From the NCBI GenBank assembly GCA_963754315.1, contig CAVWFS010000019.1:480001-544000 (forward strand): a stretch of 64,000 bases of DNA, written 5' to 3'. This document shows, piece after piece, positions 1 through 10,032 of this stretch; position 1 is the stretch's first letter; each line of letters opens with the position of its first letter. A model generated the notes under the pieces. It did not search any database, was not told the origin of the DNA, and saw nothing but the letters and a program-made list of their open reading frames with translations. The position numbers were made by a program, and so were the translations under genes. The DNA is from an uncultured Candidatus Rokubacteria bacterium (GTDB taxonomy: Bacteria; Methylomirabilota; Methylomirabilia; Rokubacteriales; CSP1-6).

Positions 1-267
1 GAACTCCAGCCCGACCCCCAGTGGCTCGACGACGAGGAGAATGTCGGCGAAGAGGATCGCGGCGTCGACTCCCAGCTCCTCAACGGGCTGGAGCGTGACC
101 TCGGCGGCGAGCTCGGGGTTCTTGCAGAGCTCCAGGAAGCCATGGCGAGCGCGGAGGGCACGATAGGCAGGCATGTATCGCCCGGCCTGCCGCATGAGCC
201 AGACCGGCGTGTACGGAGTCGGCTCGTGTCGAGCTGCGCGGAGCAACGGTGCATCGTGGAAGGACAC
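1..267 (-). CDS. hemE: Uroporphyrinogen decarboxylase, N-terminal part (runs off window)
   Basis: Manual translation, not in the ORF track: GTG at 267, then ...[58 protein letters not shown], matching the HemE signatures. Confidence 0.93.
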   Translation of the reverse strand, partial: MSFHDAPLLRAARHEPTPYTPVWLMRQAGRYMPAYRALRARHGFLELCKNPELAAEVTLQPVEELGVDAAILFADILLVVEPLGVGLEF

Positions 268-453
268 ACCGAGGAGGGTACCTATCGGCGGCAACCCAAC
301 GCAAGCGCCGCCCCGGCATCGCCGGCACCCGATCGGTGTATGATCCTGGCCCTATGGCATACCTATCCGGCAAGCAAGCGTTCCTCCAGATTCTCAGGCA
401 GGAAGGCGTCTCCGTCATGGCATGAGGACGCCGACAGTCTGGTCAGGGGCTAG

Positions 454-1266
454 GTGATGAGCACCGAGGCTCGACCGCCTCGAGGCCAGGGCCGGCTCGA
501 TGGCAAAGTGGCCCTCGTCACCGGGGCCGGCTCGCGCGGGCCCGGACTCGGCAACGGGAAGGCAACGGCGATTCTCTTCGCGCGCGAGGGAGCTCATGTC
601 CTCTGCGTCGACATGGTCAAGGAGCGCGCAGAGGAGACGGTCGGGCTCATCCGCTCGGACGGGGGGAGCGCCGAGGCCTTTGCCGCCGACGTGACGCGCG
701 CCGGAGACTGTGCCGACATGGTGGCCGACACGGTCAGACGCTGGGGCGGCCTCGACATTCTCCACAACAACGTCGGCATCGAGTCGCGCAAGGACCTTCT
801 CGAGACCACCGAGGCTGACTGGGACCAGGTGCTTCACGTCGACCTCAAGTCCATGCTGCTGGCGACCCAGAGCGCCGTCCGCGTCATGATCGAGCGTGGT
901 GGCGGCTCGGTCATCTGCGTGTCGTCCATCGCCGCCCTGCGCGGCCACGGTCGGACGGCCTACGCCACCGCCAAGGCCGGGGTCATCGGCTTCGTCCGCA
1001 GCGTGGCCGTGCAGCTCGGTCCCAAGGGAATCCGCGTGAACGCCATCGCACCCGGGCCCGTGTGGACACCCATGGTGGAAGATCTGGGTCCGGAGGCACG
1101 GGAGCGACGCCGGCACTCCACTCCACTCGCGACGGAAGGGACGGGCTGGGACGTGGCCTGGGGCGCCGTCTATCTGGCCAGCGATGAGGCCCGTTGGGTC
1201 ACGGGGCAGACGCTCGTGATCGACGCCGGACTCACGCTGACTGCCAACAACGCAAGCTTGCGTTAA
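454..1266 (+). CDS. Short-chain dehydrogenase/reductase
   Basis: GKVALVTGAG...GNG, HNNVG, YATAK (YxxxK), IRVNAIAPG. Confidence 0.92.
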   Translation: MMSTEARPPRGQGRLDGKVALVTGAGSRGPGLGNGKATAILFAREGAHVLCVDMVKERAEETVGLIRSDGGSAEAFAADVTRAGDCADMVADTVRRWGGLDILHNNVGIESRKDLLETTEADWDQVLHVDLKSMLLATQSAVRVMIERGGGSVICVSSIAALRGHGRTAYATAKAGVIGFVRSVAVQLGPKGIRVNAIAPGPVWTPMVEDLGPEARERRRHSTPLATEGTGWDVAWGAVYLASDEARWVTGQTLVIDAGLTLTANNASLR

Positions 1267-1276
1267 GGATCAACCG

Positions 1277-2305
1277 GTGGCTCGTGTGCCCACCATCGGC
1301 ATCATCGCCAACCCGGTCTCGGCCCGTGACATCCGCCGCGTCATCGCCAACGCCAACAATCTGCAAATTGCCGATCGGGTCAACATCGTCCTGCGGGTGC
1401 TCTCCTCGGCCGGAAGTTGCGGAGTGGGCAAGGTGCTCATGATGCCCGACAAGGGCGGGATCTGCGCCATGCTCTCTCGGAGCCTCGAGCGCGAGCGAAG
1501 CCTGAGTCACCAGTTCCCCCATGTGGACTTCCTCGACATGGACGTCACGTCGACGGTCGAAGACACCTTCGGTGCGGCTCGACGGATGCGCGCGGCGGGA
1601 GTGGCAGCCATCGTTGTTCTGGGCGGCGACGGCACTCACCGCGCGGTAGCGAGAGAGTGCGGCGACGTTCCGATCGCCGGTCTTTCGACGGGCACCAACA
1701 ACGCCTTCCCGCAAATGCGCGAGCCCACCCTCACCGGGATGGCGGTGGGCCTCTACGCCTCGGGTCGCCTCCCGGCGAGCCAGGCCCTGGTTCCGAACAA
1801 GATCCTCGAGGTCTCGATCAACGGTCGTCGCGATATCGCACTGGTGGACGCCGTCATCTCCACCGATCGCTACGTCGGCGCCCGGGCCCTCTGGAGAACC
1901 GAAAGCCTGCGCTCACTCTACGTGGCCTACGCGGATCCCGAAGCCATCGGCCTGTCGGCGATCGCGGGGTTACTCGAGCCCGTGGGGCGGCGCGAGCCCG
2001 GCGGCTGCGCCGTCGATCTCTGTGAAGATCCCGAACGCCGCAAGCTCACCCTGCTCGTGCCGATCGCCCCCGGCATGGTGCGACCGGTGGGCATCGGGGG
2101 CTGGCAAAAGATGGACGCCGATCGCACGTTCCTGGTCGACCAGGAGGCCGGCGTGGTGGCCCTCGATGGCGAGCGTGAGCTCACGTTCGACCGGGGCGAT
2201 GCGGTGACGATCACGTTGCGCGAGAACGCGTTTCGTACCGTGGATGTGTCCCGCTGCCTGCATATCGCGGCGGCAGACGGGCTCTTTCGCCTTCCTGCCC
2301 GCTAA
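1277..2305 (+). CDS. acoX: Acetoin catabolism protein X (ATP-NAD kinase family)
   Basis: IGIIANPVSARDIRR, VLGGDGT, STGTNNAFP, ALDGERE; directly upstream of acoAB. Confidence 0.88.
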   Translation: MARVPTIGIIANPVSARDIRRVIANANNLQIADRVNIVLRVLSSAGSCGVGKVLMMPDKGGICAMLSRSLERERSLSHQFPHVDFLDMDVTSTVEDTFGAARRMRAAGVAAIVVLGGDGTHRAVARECGDVPIAGLSTGTNNAFPQMREPTLTGMAVGLYASGRLPASQALVPNKILEVSINGRRDIALVDAVISTDRYVGARALWRTESLRSLYVAYADPEAIGLSAIAGLLEPVGRREPGGCAVDLCEDPERRKLTLLVPIAPGMVRPVGIGGWQKMDADRTFLVDQEAGVVALDGERELTFDRGDAVTITLRENAFRTVDVSRCLHIAAADGLFRLPAR

Positions 2306-2322
2306 ACCACGGAGGAGTGAAC

Positions 2323-3306
2323 ATGGCGGCCGACCCGTTTCCCCTCAAGAAGGAAGACCTGCTCAAGGCCTACCGCACGATGCGCACCATCCGGGAGTTC
2401 GAGGAGCGTCTGCACGTCGACTTTGCCCGCGGCGACATTCCGGGCTTCGTGCACCTCTATGCCGGGGAGGAAGCGGCCGGCACCGGCATCATGCTGCACC
2501 TGAACGACGGTGACCGGATCGCCAGCACCCATCGTGGCCACGGCCACTGCATCGCCAAGGGCGTGGACGTCGTGGAGATGATGAAGGAGATCTACGGCAA
2601 GAAGGGCGGGGCCTGCCAGGGCAAGGGGGGCTCCATGCACATTGCCGATCTCGACAAGGGGATGATGGGCGCCAACGGCATCCTCGGCGCCGGGGCTCCT
2701 CTCGCGTGTGGCGCTGCCCTCGCCGCCAAGTTCCGCAAGAAGGGTGAGGTGGCCATCAGCTTCGTGGGCGACGGCGCCTCCAACCAGGGAACGTTCCTGG
2801 AGAGCTTGAACCTGGCCGCCGTGTGGAATCTGCCCGCCATCTTCGTCGTGGAGAACAACGGCTACGCCGAGTCGACCTCCCGCGACTACGCAGTGGCGGT
2901 GGACAGCTATGTGGATCGCGCGGCCGGCTTCGGGCTGCCCGGGGTCACCGTGGACGGGACCGACTTCTTCGCCGTCTACGAGGCGGCGGGCGAGATCATC
3001 AAGCGGGCGCGCGAGGGCGGTGGTCCTGCGCTACTCGAATGCAAGATGATCCGCTTCTTCGGCCACTTCGAGGGGGATGCGCAGACGTACCGGGGCGCGG
3101 GCGAGGTAGACGACATTCGCGCCAACCAGGACTGCATCAAGAAGTTCAGCACCGCCGTGATCGGGGCCGGCGTGATCAAGCAGTCCGAGCTCGACGCGAT
3201 CGACCGGCAGGCGCGCGAGTTGGTCGAGCGCGCCGTGCAGGAGGCCAAGGCTGCCCCGGGGCCCACCGCCGCCGATTTGCTGACCGACGTCTACGTCCGC
3301 TACTGA
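2323..3306 (+). CDS. acoA: Acetoin dehydrogenase E1 alpha (TPP-dependent)
   Basis: GFVHLYAGEEA, STHRGHGH, GDGASNQG...ENNGY TPP motif; GGAGGAG RBS (start is 2317 GTG or 2323 ATG). Confidence 0.93.
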   Translation: MAADPFPLKKEDLLKAYRTMRTIREFEERLHVDFARGDIPGFVHLYAGEEAAGTGIMLHLNDGDRIASTHRGHGHCIAKGVDVVEMMKEIYGKKGGACQGKGGSMHIADLDKGMMGANGILGAGAPLACGAALAAKFRKKGEVAISFVGDGASNQGTFLESLNLAAVWNLPAIFVVENNGYAESTSRDYAVAVDSYVDRAAGFGLPGVTVDGTDFFAVYEAAGEIIKRAREGGGPALLECKMIRFFGHFEGDAQTYRGAGEVDDIRANQDCIKKFSTAVIGAGVIKQSELDAIDRQARELVERAVQEAKAAPGPTAADLLTDVYVRY

Positions 3307-3345
3307 GGGACCCTCGACGTCACGGAGATCGAAAGGATCAAAGGC

Positions 3346-4362
3346 ATGGCACGAAAGATCAGCATCAAGGACGCAATTCACGAGGCCCTCGATCAGGAAA
3401 TGGCCCGCGATCCAAGAGTCATCTTGATGGGAGAAGACATCGTCGGCGGGGCAGGCAGCCCCGGCGAGCGCGATGCGTGGGGTGGTGTGCTGGGCGTGAC
3501 CAAGGGGCTGTACGCCAAGTACGGTGAGCGACTGCTCGACACGCCTCTCTCGGAATCGGCCTATATCGGGGCCGCGATCGGGGCCGCCTGCTGCGGCATG
3601 CGCCCCGTGGCCGAGCTGATGTTCATCGATTTCATGGGCGTGTGCTTCGATCAGATCTTCAACCAGGCGGCCAAGTTCAAGTACATGTTCGGCGGCAAGG
3701 CCGAGACGCCGGTGGTGATTCGCGCCATGGTGGGGGCCGGCTTCCGCGCGGCCGCTCAGCACAGCCAGATGCTGACGCCGATCTTCACCCACATTCCAGG
3801 GCTCAAGGTGGTGTGCCCGTCGAGCCCGTACGACGCCAAGGGGCTCTTGATCCAGTCCATTCGCGATAACGATCCAGTCATCTTCTGCGAGCACAAGGCC
3901 CTCTACGGCCAGGAAGGTGACGTCCCCGAAGCGTCCTACACGATTCCCCTCGGCGAGGCCAACGTGGTCCGAGAGGGCCGGAGCTGCTCGATCGTGACAT
4001 ACGGAATGATGGTGCATCGAGCCACCGATGCCGCCACCAGCTTGGCCAAGGAAGGGGTGGACTGCGAAGTGGTCGACCTGCGATCCCTCTCCCCGCTCGA
4101 CCTCGATACGGTGATCGAGAGCGTCGAGAAGACGGGTCGCCTCGTGTGCGTGGACGAGGCCAATCCCCGCTGCAGCATCGCCGCCGACATCTCGGCGCAG
4201 GTTGCCCAGCATGCCTTCGGGGCCCTGCGGGCACAGATCGAGATGGTGACCGCCCCCCATACGCCGGTGCCGTTCTCACCGGTGCTAGAGGATCTCTATA
4301 TCCCAGGGGCGAAGCAGATTGCCGAGGCCGTTCACCGCACCATGAGCGGAGCCAAGAACTGA
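3346..4362 (+). CDS. acoB: Acetoin dehydrogenase E1 beta
   Basis: DTPLSESAY, RPVAELMF, AAQHSQ, DPVIFCEHK. Confidence 0.93.
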   Translation: MARKISIKDAIHEALDQEMARDPRVILMGEDIVGGAGSPGERDAWGGVLGVTKGLYAKYGERLLDTPLSESAYIGAAIGAACCGMRPVAELMFIDFMGVCFDQIFNQAAKFKYMFGGKAETPVVIRAMVGAGFRAAAQHSQMLTPIFTHIPGLKVVCPSSPYDAKGLLIQSIRDNDPVIFCEHKALYGQEGDVPEASYTIPLGEANVVREGRSCSIVTYGMMVHRATDAATSLAKEGVDCEVVDLRSLSPLDLDTVIESVEKTGRLVCVDEANPRCSIAADISAQVAQHAFGALRAQIEMVTAPHTPVPFSPVLEDLYIPGAKQIAEAVHRTMSGAKN

Positions 4363-5474
4363 TGTCTGGCATCACGCCCATCGTCATGCCCAAGTGGGGC
4401 CTGGCCATGAAGGAAGGGACACTGAACGCATGGCTGGTCGAGGAGGGAACGTCGATTCACCTCGGTCAGGCCATCATGGAAGTGGAGACCGACAAGATCA
4501 CCGGGGTCGTGGAGGCCGGCGACGCTGGTCTGTTGCGCCGCAAGGTCGCGGCTCCCGGCCAGACCCTTCCGGTCAAGGCGTTGCTCGGGGTCATGGCCGG
4601 GTCCGAGGTATCGGATGCGGATATCGAGTCATTCGTGGCTGGCTATGTCGTTCCCACGGCCGCGGAGACCGAAGAGGGCGGCACCGGGTCCGCCTACCAG
4701 TTCGTCGAGGTCGATGGCATCCGCGTTCGCTACGCACGCCGGGGCGGTGGCGTGCGCCATGTCCTTCTCCTTCACGGCTTCGGGGGCGACCTCGACAACT
4801 GGCTCTTCAACATCGATGCGCTGGCCGAAGGGCATACGGTGGTGGCGCTGGATCTGCCGGGTCACGGCCAGTCGGACCGCACCTTGCCGGGCAGGACGCT
4901 CGGCGATCTGGGACGCTTCGTGACGCGCTTCCTGGACGCGGTGGAGATCCCGAGCGCTCACGTCGTCGGTCACTCCATGGGCGGCGCCATCGCGGCCCAG
5001 ATGACCCTCGATCACCCAGACAGGATCGATTCGGTGGTGCTCATCGGAAGCGCGGGTCTGGGGGACGAGATCAATACCGCCTACACGGAAGGATTCGTCA
5101 CCGCGCAATCTCGGCGCGATCTGAAACCGCTCATCGAGCAGCTCTTTGCCCGACCCGAGCTCGTTACCCGCCAGCTCCTGGACGACGTCCTCAAGTACAA
5201 ACGGCTCGATGGGGTCAGCGAGCTCTTGAGTGAGCTGGGGGGAAGCCTCTTCCCTCACGGCCGGCAACGCGAGCAGCCAGGCCGGCGGCTGGGGGAAAGC
5301 GGCAAGCGCGTGCTGGTGCTGTGGGGCGCCGAGGACCGCATCATCCCGGTCAAGCACGCATCCCGGGCGCCTGCGTCGGCTACAGTCAAGATCATCGAGG
5401 GCGCTGGCCACATGGTCCAGCTGGAAAAGGCCGGCGAGGTGAACGCGCTCCTCGGGAGACACATCGCCGGGTAA
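4362..5474 (+). CDS. acoC: Acetoin dehydrogenase E2-type subunit (lipoyl domain + alpha/beta hydrolase)
   Basis: ATG overlaps acoB stop; MPKWGLAMKEG, VETDKI lipoyl-lysine, LHGFGG, GHSMGG. Confidence 0.92.
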   Translation: MSGITPIVMPKWGLAMKEGTLNAWLVEEGTSIHLGQAIMEVETDKITGVVEAGDAGLLRRKVAAPGQTLPVKALLGVMAGSEVSDADIESFVAGYVVPTAAETEEGGTGSAYQFVEVDGIRVRYARRGGGVRHVLLLHGFGGDLDNWLFNIDALAEGHTVVALDLPGHGQSDRTLPGRTLGDLGRFVTRFLDAVEIPSAHVVGHSMGGAIAAQMTLDHPDRIDSVVLIGSAGLGDEINTAYTEGFVTAQSRRDLKPLIEQLFARPELVTRQLLDDVLKYKRLDGVSELLSELGGSLFPHGRQREQPGRRLGESGKRVLVLWGAEDRIIPVKHASRAPASATVKIIEGAGHMVQLEKAGEVNALLGRHIAG

Positions 5475-5526
5475 AGCTGGGTCGGAGGTCGCCCTCGGCA
5501 CCCTCCGGATGTGCTATTTTGGTGTC

Positions 5527-5775
5527 ATGGCTAGACTAAATTTGACACTAGACGAAGACACGTTCCGTAGGCTCGATCGGCACACCAAACGAGCGGGAAG
5601 GCCGCGTGCGGCGTTGGCTCGGGAGCTCCTGCGCGAAGGGCTAGCGCAACGAGAAGCGGCCGAGCGACGCAAGCAGCTCGCCAATGACTATGCGGCTGGA
5701 CGCCCCGATGCGCGCGCACTCTTGCGAGACCTGGAAGCCGGGCAGCTCACGTTGATGGACGATGAAGGCGCGTGA
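5527..5775 (+). CDS. RHH/CopG-type antitoxin
   Basis: MARLNLTLDE...RAALARELLREGL; overlaps the downstream MazF-like gene. Confidence 0.75.
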   Translation: MARLNLTLDEDTFRRLDRHTKRAGRPRAALARELLREGLAQREAAERRKQLANDYAAGRPDARALLRDLEAGQLTLMDDEGA

Positions 5776-6133
5776 GCCCGTCCCGTTTCGGCGGGGCGAC
5801 ATTCTCTGGATTCAGTGCGACCCCTCCCGAGGCGTGGAGCCCCGGAAGACGAGGACGTGTGTCGTCGTCTCGAACGACGTCGCCAACCGATATGGGCAAG
5901 CAGTGACCGTCATCCCGACACAGACCTACACGGCCGAACGAGCGGGCCGTATCTACATGGTCGACTTGCGCGTGCCGCGATCCACCTTGGCGGCGGCTCG
6001 CACCGCAAACGCGTCCATGGTCATGACGTACGACCGCGACCGTGTGGTCAGCCGTGCCGGACGCATCTCCGCCGAGACGCAGCGCGCCGTCGATCGGGCC
6101 CTGGGGATTCATCTCGGTCTCGCCCCGATTTGA
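5762..6133 (+). CDS. PemK/MazF family toxin
   Basis: RRGDILW..DPSRGVEPRKTRTCVVVSND..N; C-terminal VDRALGIHLGL. Confidence 0.88.
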   Translation: MKAREPVPFRRGDILWIQCDPSRGVEPRKTRTCVVVSNDVANRYGQAVTVIPTQTYTAERAGRIYMVDLRVPRSTLAAARTANASMVMTYDRDRVVSRAGRISAETQRAVDRALGIHLGLAPI

Positions 6134-6197
6134 CGGCCGGGTCGTCCGAACTCTGGTCCATCAGCCTCACCGACGTACGGGGGGTATGCAAGCGACC

Positions 6198-8009
6198 TCA
6201 GTCAGATGGGGCGTCGGACCAGAGGCCGAGTGTTCGCATGAGCGCTAGCGCGTTCGACGTCCGCACGACGCCGGGACGCATGCGGTAGTCGAATACCATC
6301 TGGCCGTCGACCAGCCGATCCTCGAAGTGTACGTTGACCGCGTGGACGTCGGGATCATCCACCACTTCTGACAGAGCCAGATCATGGGTGGTGACTAGAC
6401 CGATAGCGCCTCGCTGTACCAAGCCGCGGACGATCGCCGCCGCTCCGAGACGCCGGTCGTGTGAGTTCGTTCCGTGGAGAATCTCATCAAGCAGGAAGAG
6501 AAGGGGTACCCCTCCGCCGGCGATGCGGACGATGTCGCGCAGCCGGACGAGCTCGGCGTAGAAGCGGGAGGTCCCTTCCTGCAGTGAATCCCGAATCCGC
6601 AACGTGGCGCCGAGCGCCAGGGGTGTGAGCCTGAGCCGCGCAGCACGCACAGGAGCCCCCGCCTGCGCCAGGATTGCGTTGGTTCCCACCGCCCGCAGCA
6701 ACGTGCTCTTGCCGGACATGTTGGAGCCACTGACCATCAGCACGCGGGTAGAGCCGTTCAAGGCGAGGTCGTTGAGCACACAGCGAGCTTCGGGGATGAG
6801 CGGGTGGCCGAGCGCTTCCGCCTCGAAACGAGCCTCGCCCTCTTCGAGAGTCGGATAGACGTCGGCCGGGTGCTCCCAGGCAAAGGCCGCCAGCGAGCAG
6901 AGAGCCTCGAGCTGGCCGACCGCGGCCAGCCATCCCCGGACGGCTGCGCCGTGCCGCGCACGCCAGGCCTGGATGGCAAGGGCGCAGTGCACTCCCCACA
7001 TGCTGGCGTGCGCGACGGGGGAGAAGAACTGGTTGCGGCGCGAATCGAGCAGGTCTACCCAGACGCGCAGCTGCCGGACCGTTTGCGAAGGTCGCCTCCC
7101 ATCGGTGATCAGGTCGCTCTGCAGGCGGTCAAGCAGCGGGCTGCCCGCCGTCTCGCGCTCGAACCGTTGCAGTACAGCAGCCAGCAGCTCGAGGTCAGGC
7201 CCATGCCCTGCCACCGCTCTGTCCGCGGCCTGCACGTGCTTGCGCAGGCACCAGCCGACTACCCCTTGGACTGCCAAGGCGGCCAAGGCGAGGAGCAGCG
7301 GCGCCCAGCCGATCGCCCACGACGCGACGATGGCCAAGGTCACCGCGGAAACGGCCGCCGCTCCCAGGCGCAGCCGCATGGTCGGGGCGGGCGCCTCACC
7401 GACCGCCAGGCTGGCGAGGGCATCAGGACGCACCGTCGCCGACACATCCTCACCGAGGATGGCCAGGTCCTCGCGCAGGTCGAGGCGCGGCGTCAATACC
7501 TTCACCGCCGCTTGCCGCGCGCGCACGGCCTCGACATCGGATGGCGCCAGCAGCCAGGCGGCCAGTGTGCCCTCGCCCATGCTCGTTCGCGCCTCGCACA
7601 GGAGCTCGTACAGCGAGCCCTCGCCGAAGAGGTCCAGGTCGTCGGCATAGGGATGGTGGGGATCGTGGAAGCGGGCTCCGGTGCGTCCGGTCCCCGCCCA
7701 CTGCCCGTCGAGGCGCATGAGCCCCCGCCGATAGTATGCGGCGCCTCGCTCCGCCCGCCGGCGGTTCCGTCGGACCCGTTCATGGACGACAAGCAAGGTC
7801 ACGAAGGCCACGGCCGGCACCACGAGCCACCATGCAGAGAGCCAGCCCGCGCCGAACGCGAGCCACGCGATCAATGCCGCCGCCAGTGCGGCGCCAAGCC
7901 GTGCCCGTGAGATGTGCTCCTCGCGACGGCTGGCATCCGCCGCGCGCTCGCGGTATTCGGCCTCTCGCCGGCGGTACTCCCCGTGCGGCGCGGTCTCACG
8001 ATCAGTCAT
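6198..8009 (-). CDS. MutS-related protein (TM segments + MutS domain V ATPase)
   Basis: HPYADDLDLFGEGSLYE, GSNMSGKST, SRFYAE, LDEILHGTNS, TTHDL. Confidence 0.9.
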   Translation of the reverse strand: MTDRETAPHGEYRRREAEYRERAADASRREEHISRARLGAALAAALIAWLAFGAGWLSAWWLVVPAVAFVTLLVVHERVRRNRRRAERGAAYYRRGLMRLDGQWAGTGRTGARFHDPHHPYADDLDLFGEGSLYELLCEARTSMGEGTLAAWLLAPSDVEAVRARQAAVKVLTPRLDLREDLAILGEDVSATVRPDALASLAVGEAPAPTMRLRLGAAAVSAVTLAIVASWAIGWAPLLLALAALAVQGVVGWCLRKHVQAADRAVAGHGPDLELLAAVLQRFERETAGSPLLDRLQSDLITDGRRPSQTVRQLRVWVDLLDSRRNQFFSPVAHASMWGVHCALAIQAWRARHGAAVRGWLAAVGQLEALCSLAAFAWEHPADVYPTLEEGEARFEAEALGHPLIPEARCVLNDLALNGSTRVLMVSGSNMSGKSTLLRAVGTNAILAQAGAPVRAARLRLTPLALGATLRIRDSLQEGTSRFYAELVRLRDIVRIAGGGVPLLFLLDEILHGTNSHDRRLGAAAIVRGLVQRGAIGLVTTHDLALSEVVDDPDVHAVNVHFEDRLVDGQMVFDYRMRPGVVRTSNALALMRTLGLWSDAPSD

Positions 8010-8067
8010 GGGCGGGACTCAATGCTCTCTCTCGCGTGCAGGGAGTGGTCGAAGTCGCGTCAGGCAG

Positions 8068-9102
8068 TCAGGCGAACCAAAGGTCCGGCAGCGTGTAGCC
8101 CGCTCGGAATGGATCGGATGGATCGAAGCCGTGTTGAAAGATGCCGGTGATCCACGCCTGGCCAGCGATGGTAGGCACGATGCCGGGTTGCCCTCCCACC
8201 GTGGTCTCGGCAGCGATGGAGGCCTCGAATCGCGAGCCGATGATCGACTCGTGGATGAATCCCTGACCTGCGGCGAGTTGCCCGCGCGCGTGCAGGACCG
8301 CCAGCCGGGCCGAAGTGCCAGTGCCGCACGGGCTGCGGTCGAGGCGACCGGGCGCCACGACCACGGCATTCCGGCTCACGGTCCCCGGGCCGAGGAACGG
8401 CATGGCGAACTCGGTGAACGTCACGCCGGCGATGTCGGGATTTTCGGGATGTCGGACGGTGAGCTGCTGGGTGGCCGCCGCCGTGATCCGGTTGCCGATG
8501 GCGACCAGATCGCGCGCCTCCTTCGGTTCCACAGCGAAGCCGAGTGACGGCGCGTCCACGATGGCGAAGAAGGCACCGCCGTAGGCCACGTCGACGGCGA
8601 CGGTGCCCAGGCCCTCGACTTCCAGGCTGGCCCCGAGATGGGTGGCGAAGCACGGGACGTTGGTGAACTGCACCCGCTCCACCTTGCCGTCACGGCAACG
8701 CGCCTCCACGGGCACCGGTCCCGCGGGAGTGTCCAGGGTGAGCGAGGTCAGGGGCTCCCGCATCGGCAGCATCCCCGTTTCCAGGAGAACGGTGACGGTG
8801 CAAATCGTGTTCGACCCCGACATGGGCGGATAGTCCGATGATTCCATGATGATCAGGCCCACGTCGCAGTCGGACCGCGTGGGTGGTACCACCAAATTGA
8901 CGCAGAGGGTGGGCTTCCCACGCGGTTCGAAGAGGAGCCAGCGCCTGAGGTCGTCTCCGTGCCTCTCGAGGTGGCGCTTCTTCTCGAACATGGTGGCGCC
9001 TGGCGGAGGAAGCACGCCGCCGACGATGACGTCGTTTTCCTCGCCGCCGACGTGACAACCGATCACCGTCACCGTGCGCTCCCACCTCATCGCGTGATCC
9101 AC
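8068..9102 (-). CDS. Proline racemase superfamily protein (Ser/Cys type)
   Basis: HVGGE, LFEPRG, PPMSGSNTIC, DVAYGG, DRSPCGTGTSAR. Confidence 0.9.
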   Translation of the reverse strand: MDHAMRWERTVTVIGCHVGGEENDVIVGGVLPPPGATMFEKKRHLERHGDDLRRWLLFEPRGKPTLCVNLVVPPTRSDCDVGLIIMESSDYPPMSGSNTICTVTVLLETGMLPMREPLTSLTLDTPAGPVPVEARCRDGKVERVQFTNVPCFATHLGASLEVEGLGTVAVDVAYGGAFFAIVDAPSLGFAVEPKEARDLVAIGNRITAAATQQLTVRHPENPDIAGVTFTEFAMPFLGPGTVSRNAVVVAPGRLDRSPCGTGTSARLAVLHARGQLAAGQGFIHESIIGSRFEASIAAETTVGGQPGIVPTIAGQAWITGIFQHGFDPSDPFRAGYTLPDLWFA

Positions 9103-9161
9103 TCCACAATGCTCATGAGGAGGATGATATCCTGGCGCGACCCTGAGACGGAGGCAGGCCG

Positions 9162-9632
9162 ATGATCCGTTGCACGTTCGAATCCGGCACGGCTGCCGCC
9201 CTGCGCCACGTGGTCCTGCACGCCGTGGTCGAGAAGGACGGGGCCCTTCTCCTCGTGCGGCGCGCGGAGCGGCTCACGGAAGGCGGAAAATGGGGGCTGC
9301 CCGGGGGATTCCTGGAACGGGACGAGACCCTCGCTCAAGGCACCTTGCGCGAGCTCCGGGAGGAGACCGGCTGGGAGGGTGAGATCGTGGCGCTCCTCCG
9401 AATCAATTCGCGCCCCAACCGACGTCACGAGGACCGACAGAACGTGGCCTTCGACTTCCTGGTCACGCCGATCCGCGAAGTGGGAGAGCCAGACGACGAG
9501 TCCTCGGCGATCGCCTGGGTCCCCATCGGCGATCTGCCTCCGCTCGATACGCTCGCCTTCGACCACGGCGATAGCGTGGCCTGGTATCTACAGCATCGGC
9601 ACGTCGGCTTTCCGCCGCCCGTCGTTCTCTGA
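9162..9632 (+). CDS. NUDIX hydrolase
   Basis: WGLPGGFLERDETLAQGTLRELREETG Nudix box; LAFDH. Confidence 0.9.
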   Translation: MIRCTFESGTAAALRHVVLHAVVEKDGALLLVRRAERLTEGGKWGLPGGFLERDETLAQGTLRELREETGWEGEIVALLRINSRPNRRHEDRQNVAFDFLVTPIREVGEPDDESSAIAWVPIGDLPPLDTLAFDHGDSVAWYLQHRHVGFPPPVVL

Positions 9633-9992
9633 CTACTCGTTCACCCGGGAGCGCGCCCGCGCGGCAAGAATTCGCAAACCATCTTGCGCAGCTTTGGCCA
9701 CCTCGGGATCAGGATCGTTGGCGAAGCGGCGCAAGGCCGGTTCCAGGCGGACGGCGCCGATATCACCGGCCATGACCAGGACCATCGGCAGATGCTGGCC
9801 GTGCTGAATGGCTTCCTCGATGAGAGGCTCCGCGCGTTTCCCGGATTGCACCAGCATCATGCCGGCAACGGTCCGAACACCTTCGTCAGCTGAGCCCAAC
9901 GCCTCCAGGAGTGCCCGCCCGGCCGGCCGCAGCCCGGTGGTGTTCCACACCGACTTCAGGGCATAGAGCCGTGCCACCTGCAGCGGACCCAT
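9633..9992 (-). CDS. Small HEAT-repeat-like protein
   Basis: LLEALGSADEGVRTVAGMML and LRRFANDPDPEVAKAA resemble HEAT repeats; TAGAAT 5 nt before the ATG. Confidence 0.65.
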   Translation of the reverse strand: MGPLQVARLYALKSVWNTTGLRPAGRALLEALGSADEGVRTVAGMMLVQSGKRAEPLIEEAIQHGQHLPMVLVMAGDIGAVRLEPALRRFANDPDPEVAKAAQDGLRILAARARSRVNE

Positions 9993-10032
9993 AGCGCATT
10001 CTAGACCCGGGCCGGCCGCCGGAAGTCGTCGC

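Noticed and set aside
4146..4361. N-terminal extensions in the ORF track (also 26902, 34452, 48723, 51072, 51869, 61674)
   Set aside because: They overlap upstream genes or promoters; downstream starts have an RBS or stop-start coupling and match family N-termini.
6198..8009. MutS as a mismatch-repair gene
   Set aside because: It lacks the mismatch-recognition domain and has TM segments; it belongs to a known MutS-related ATPase group.
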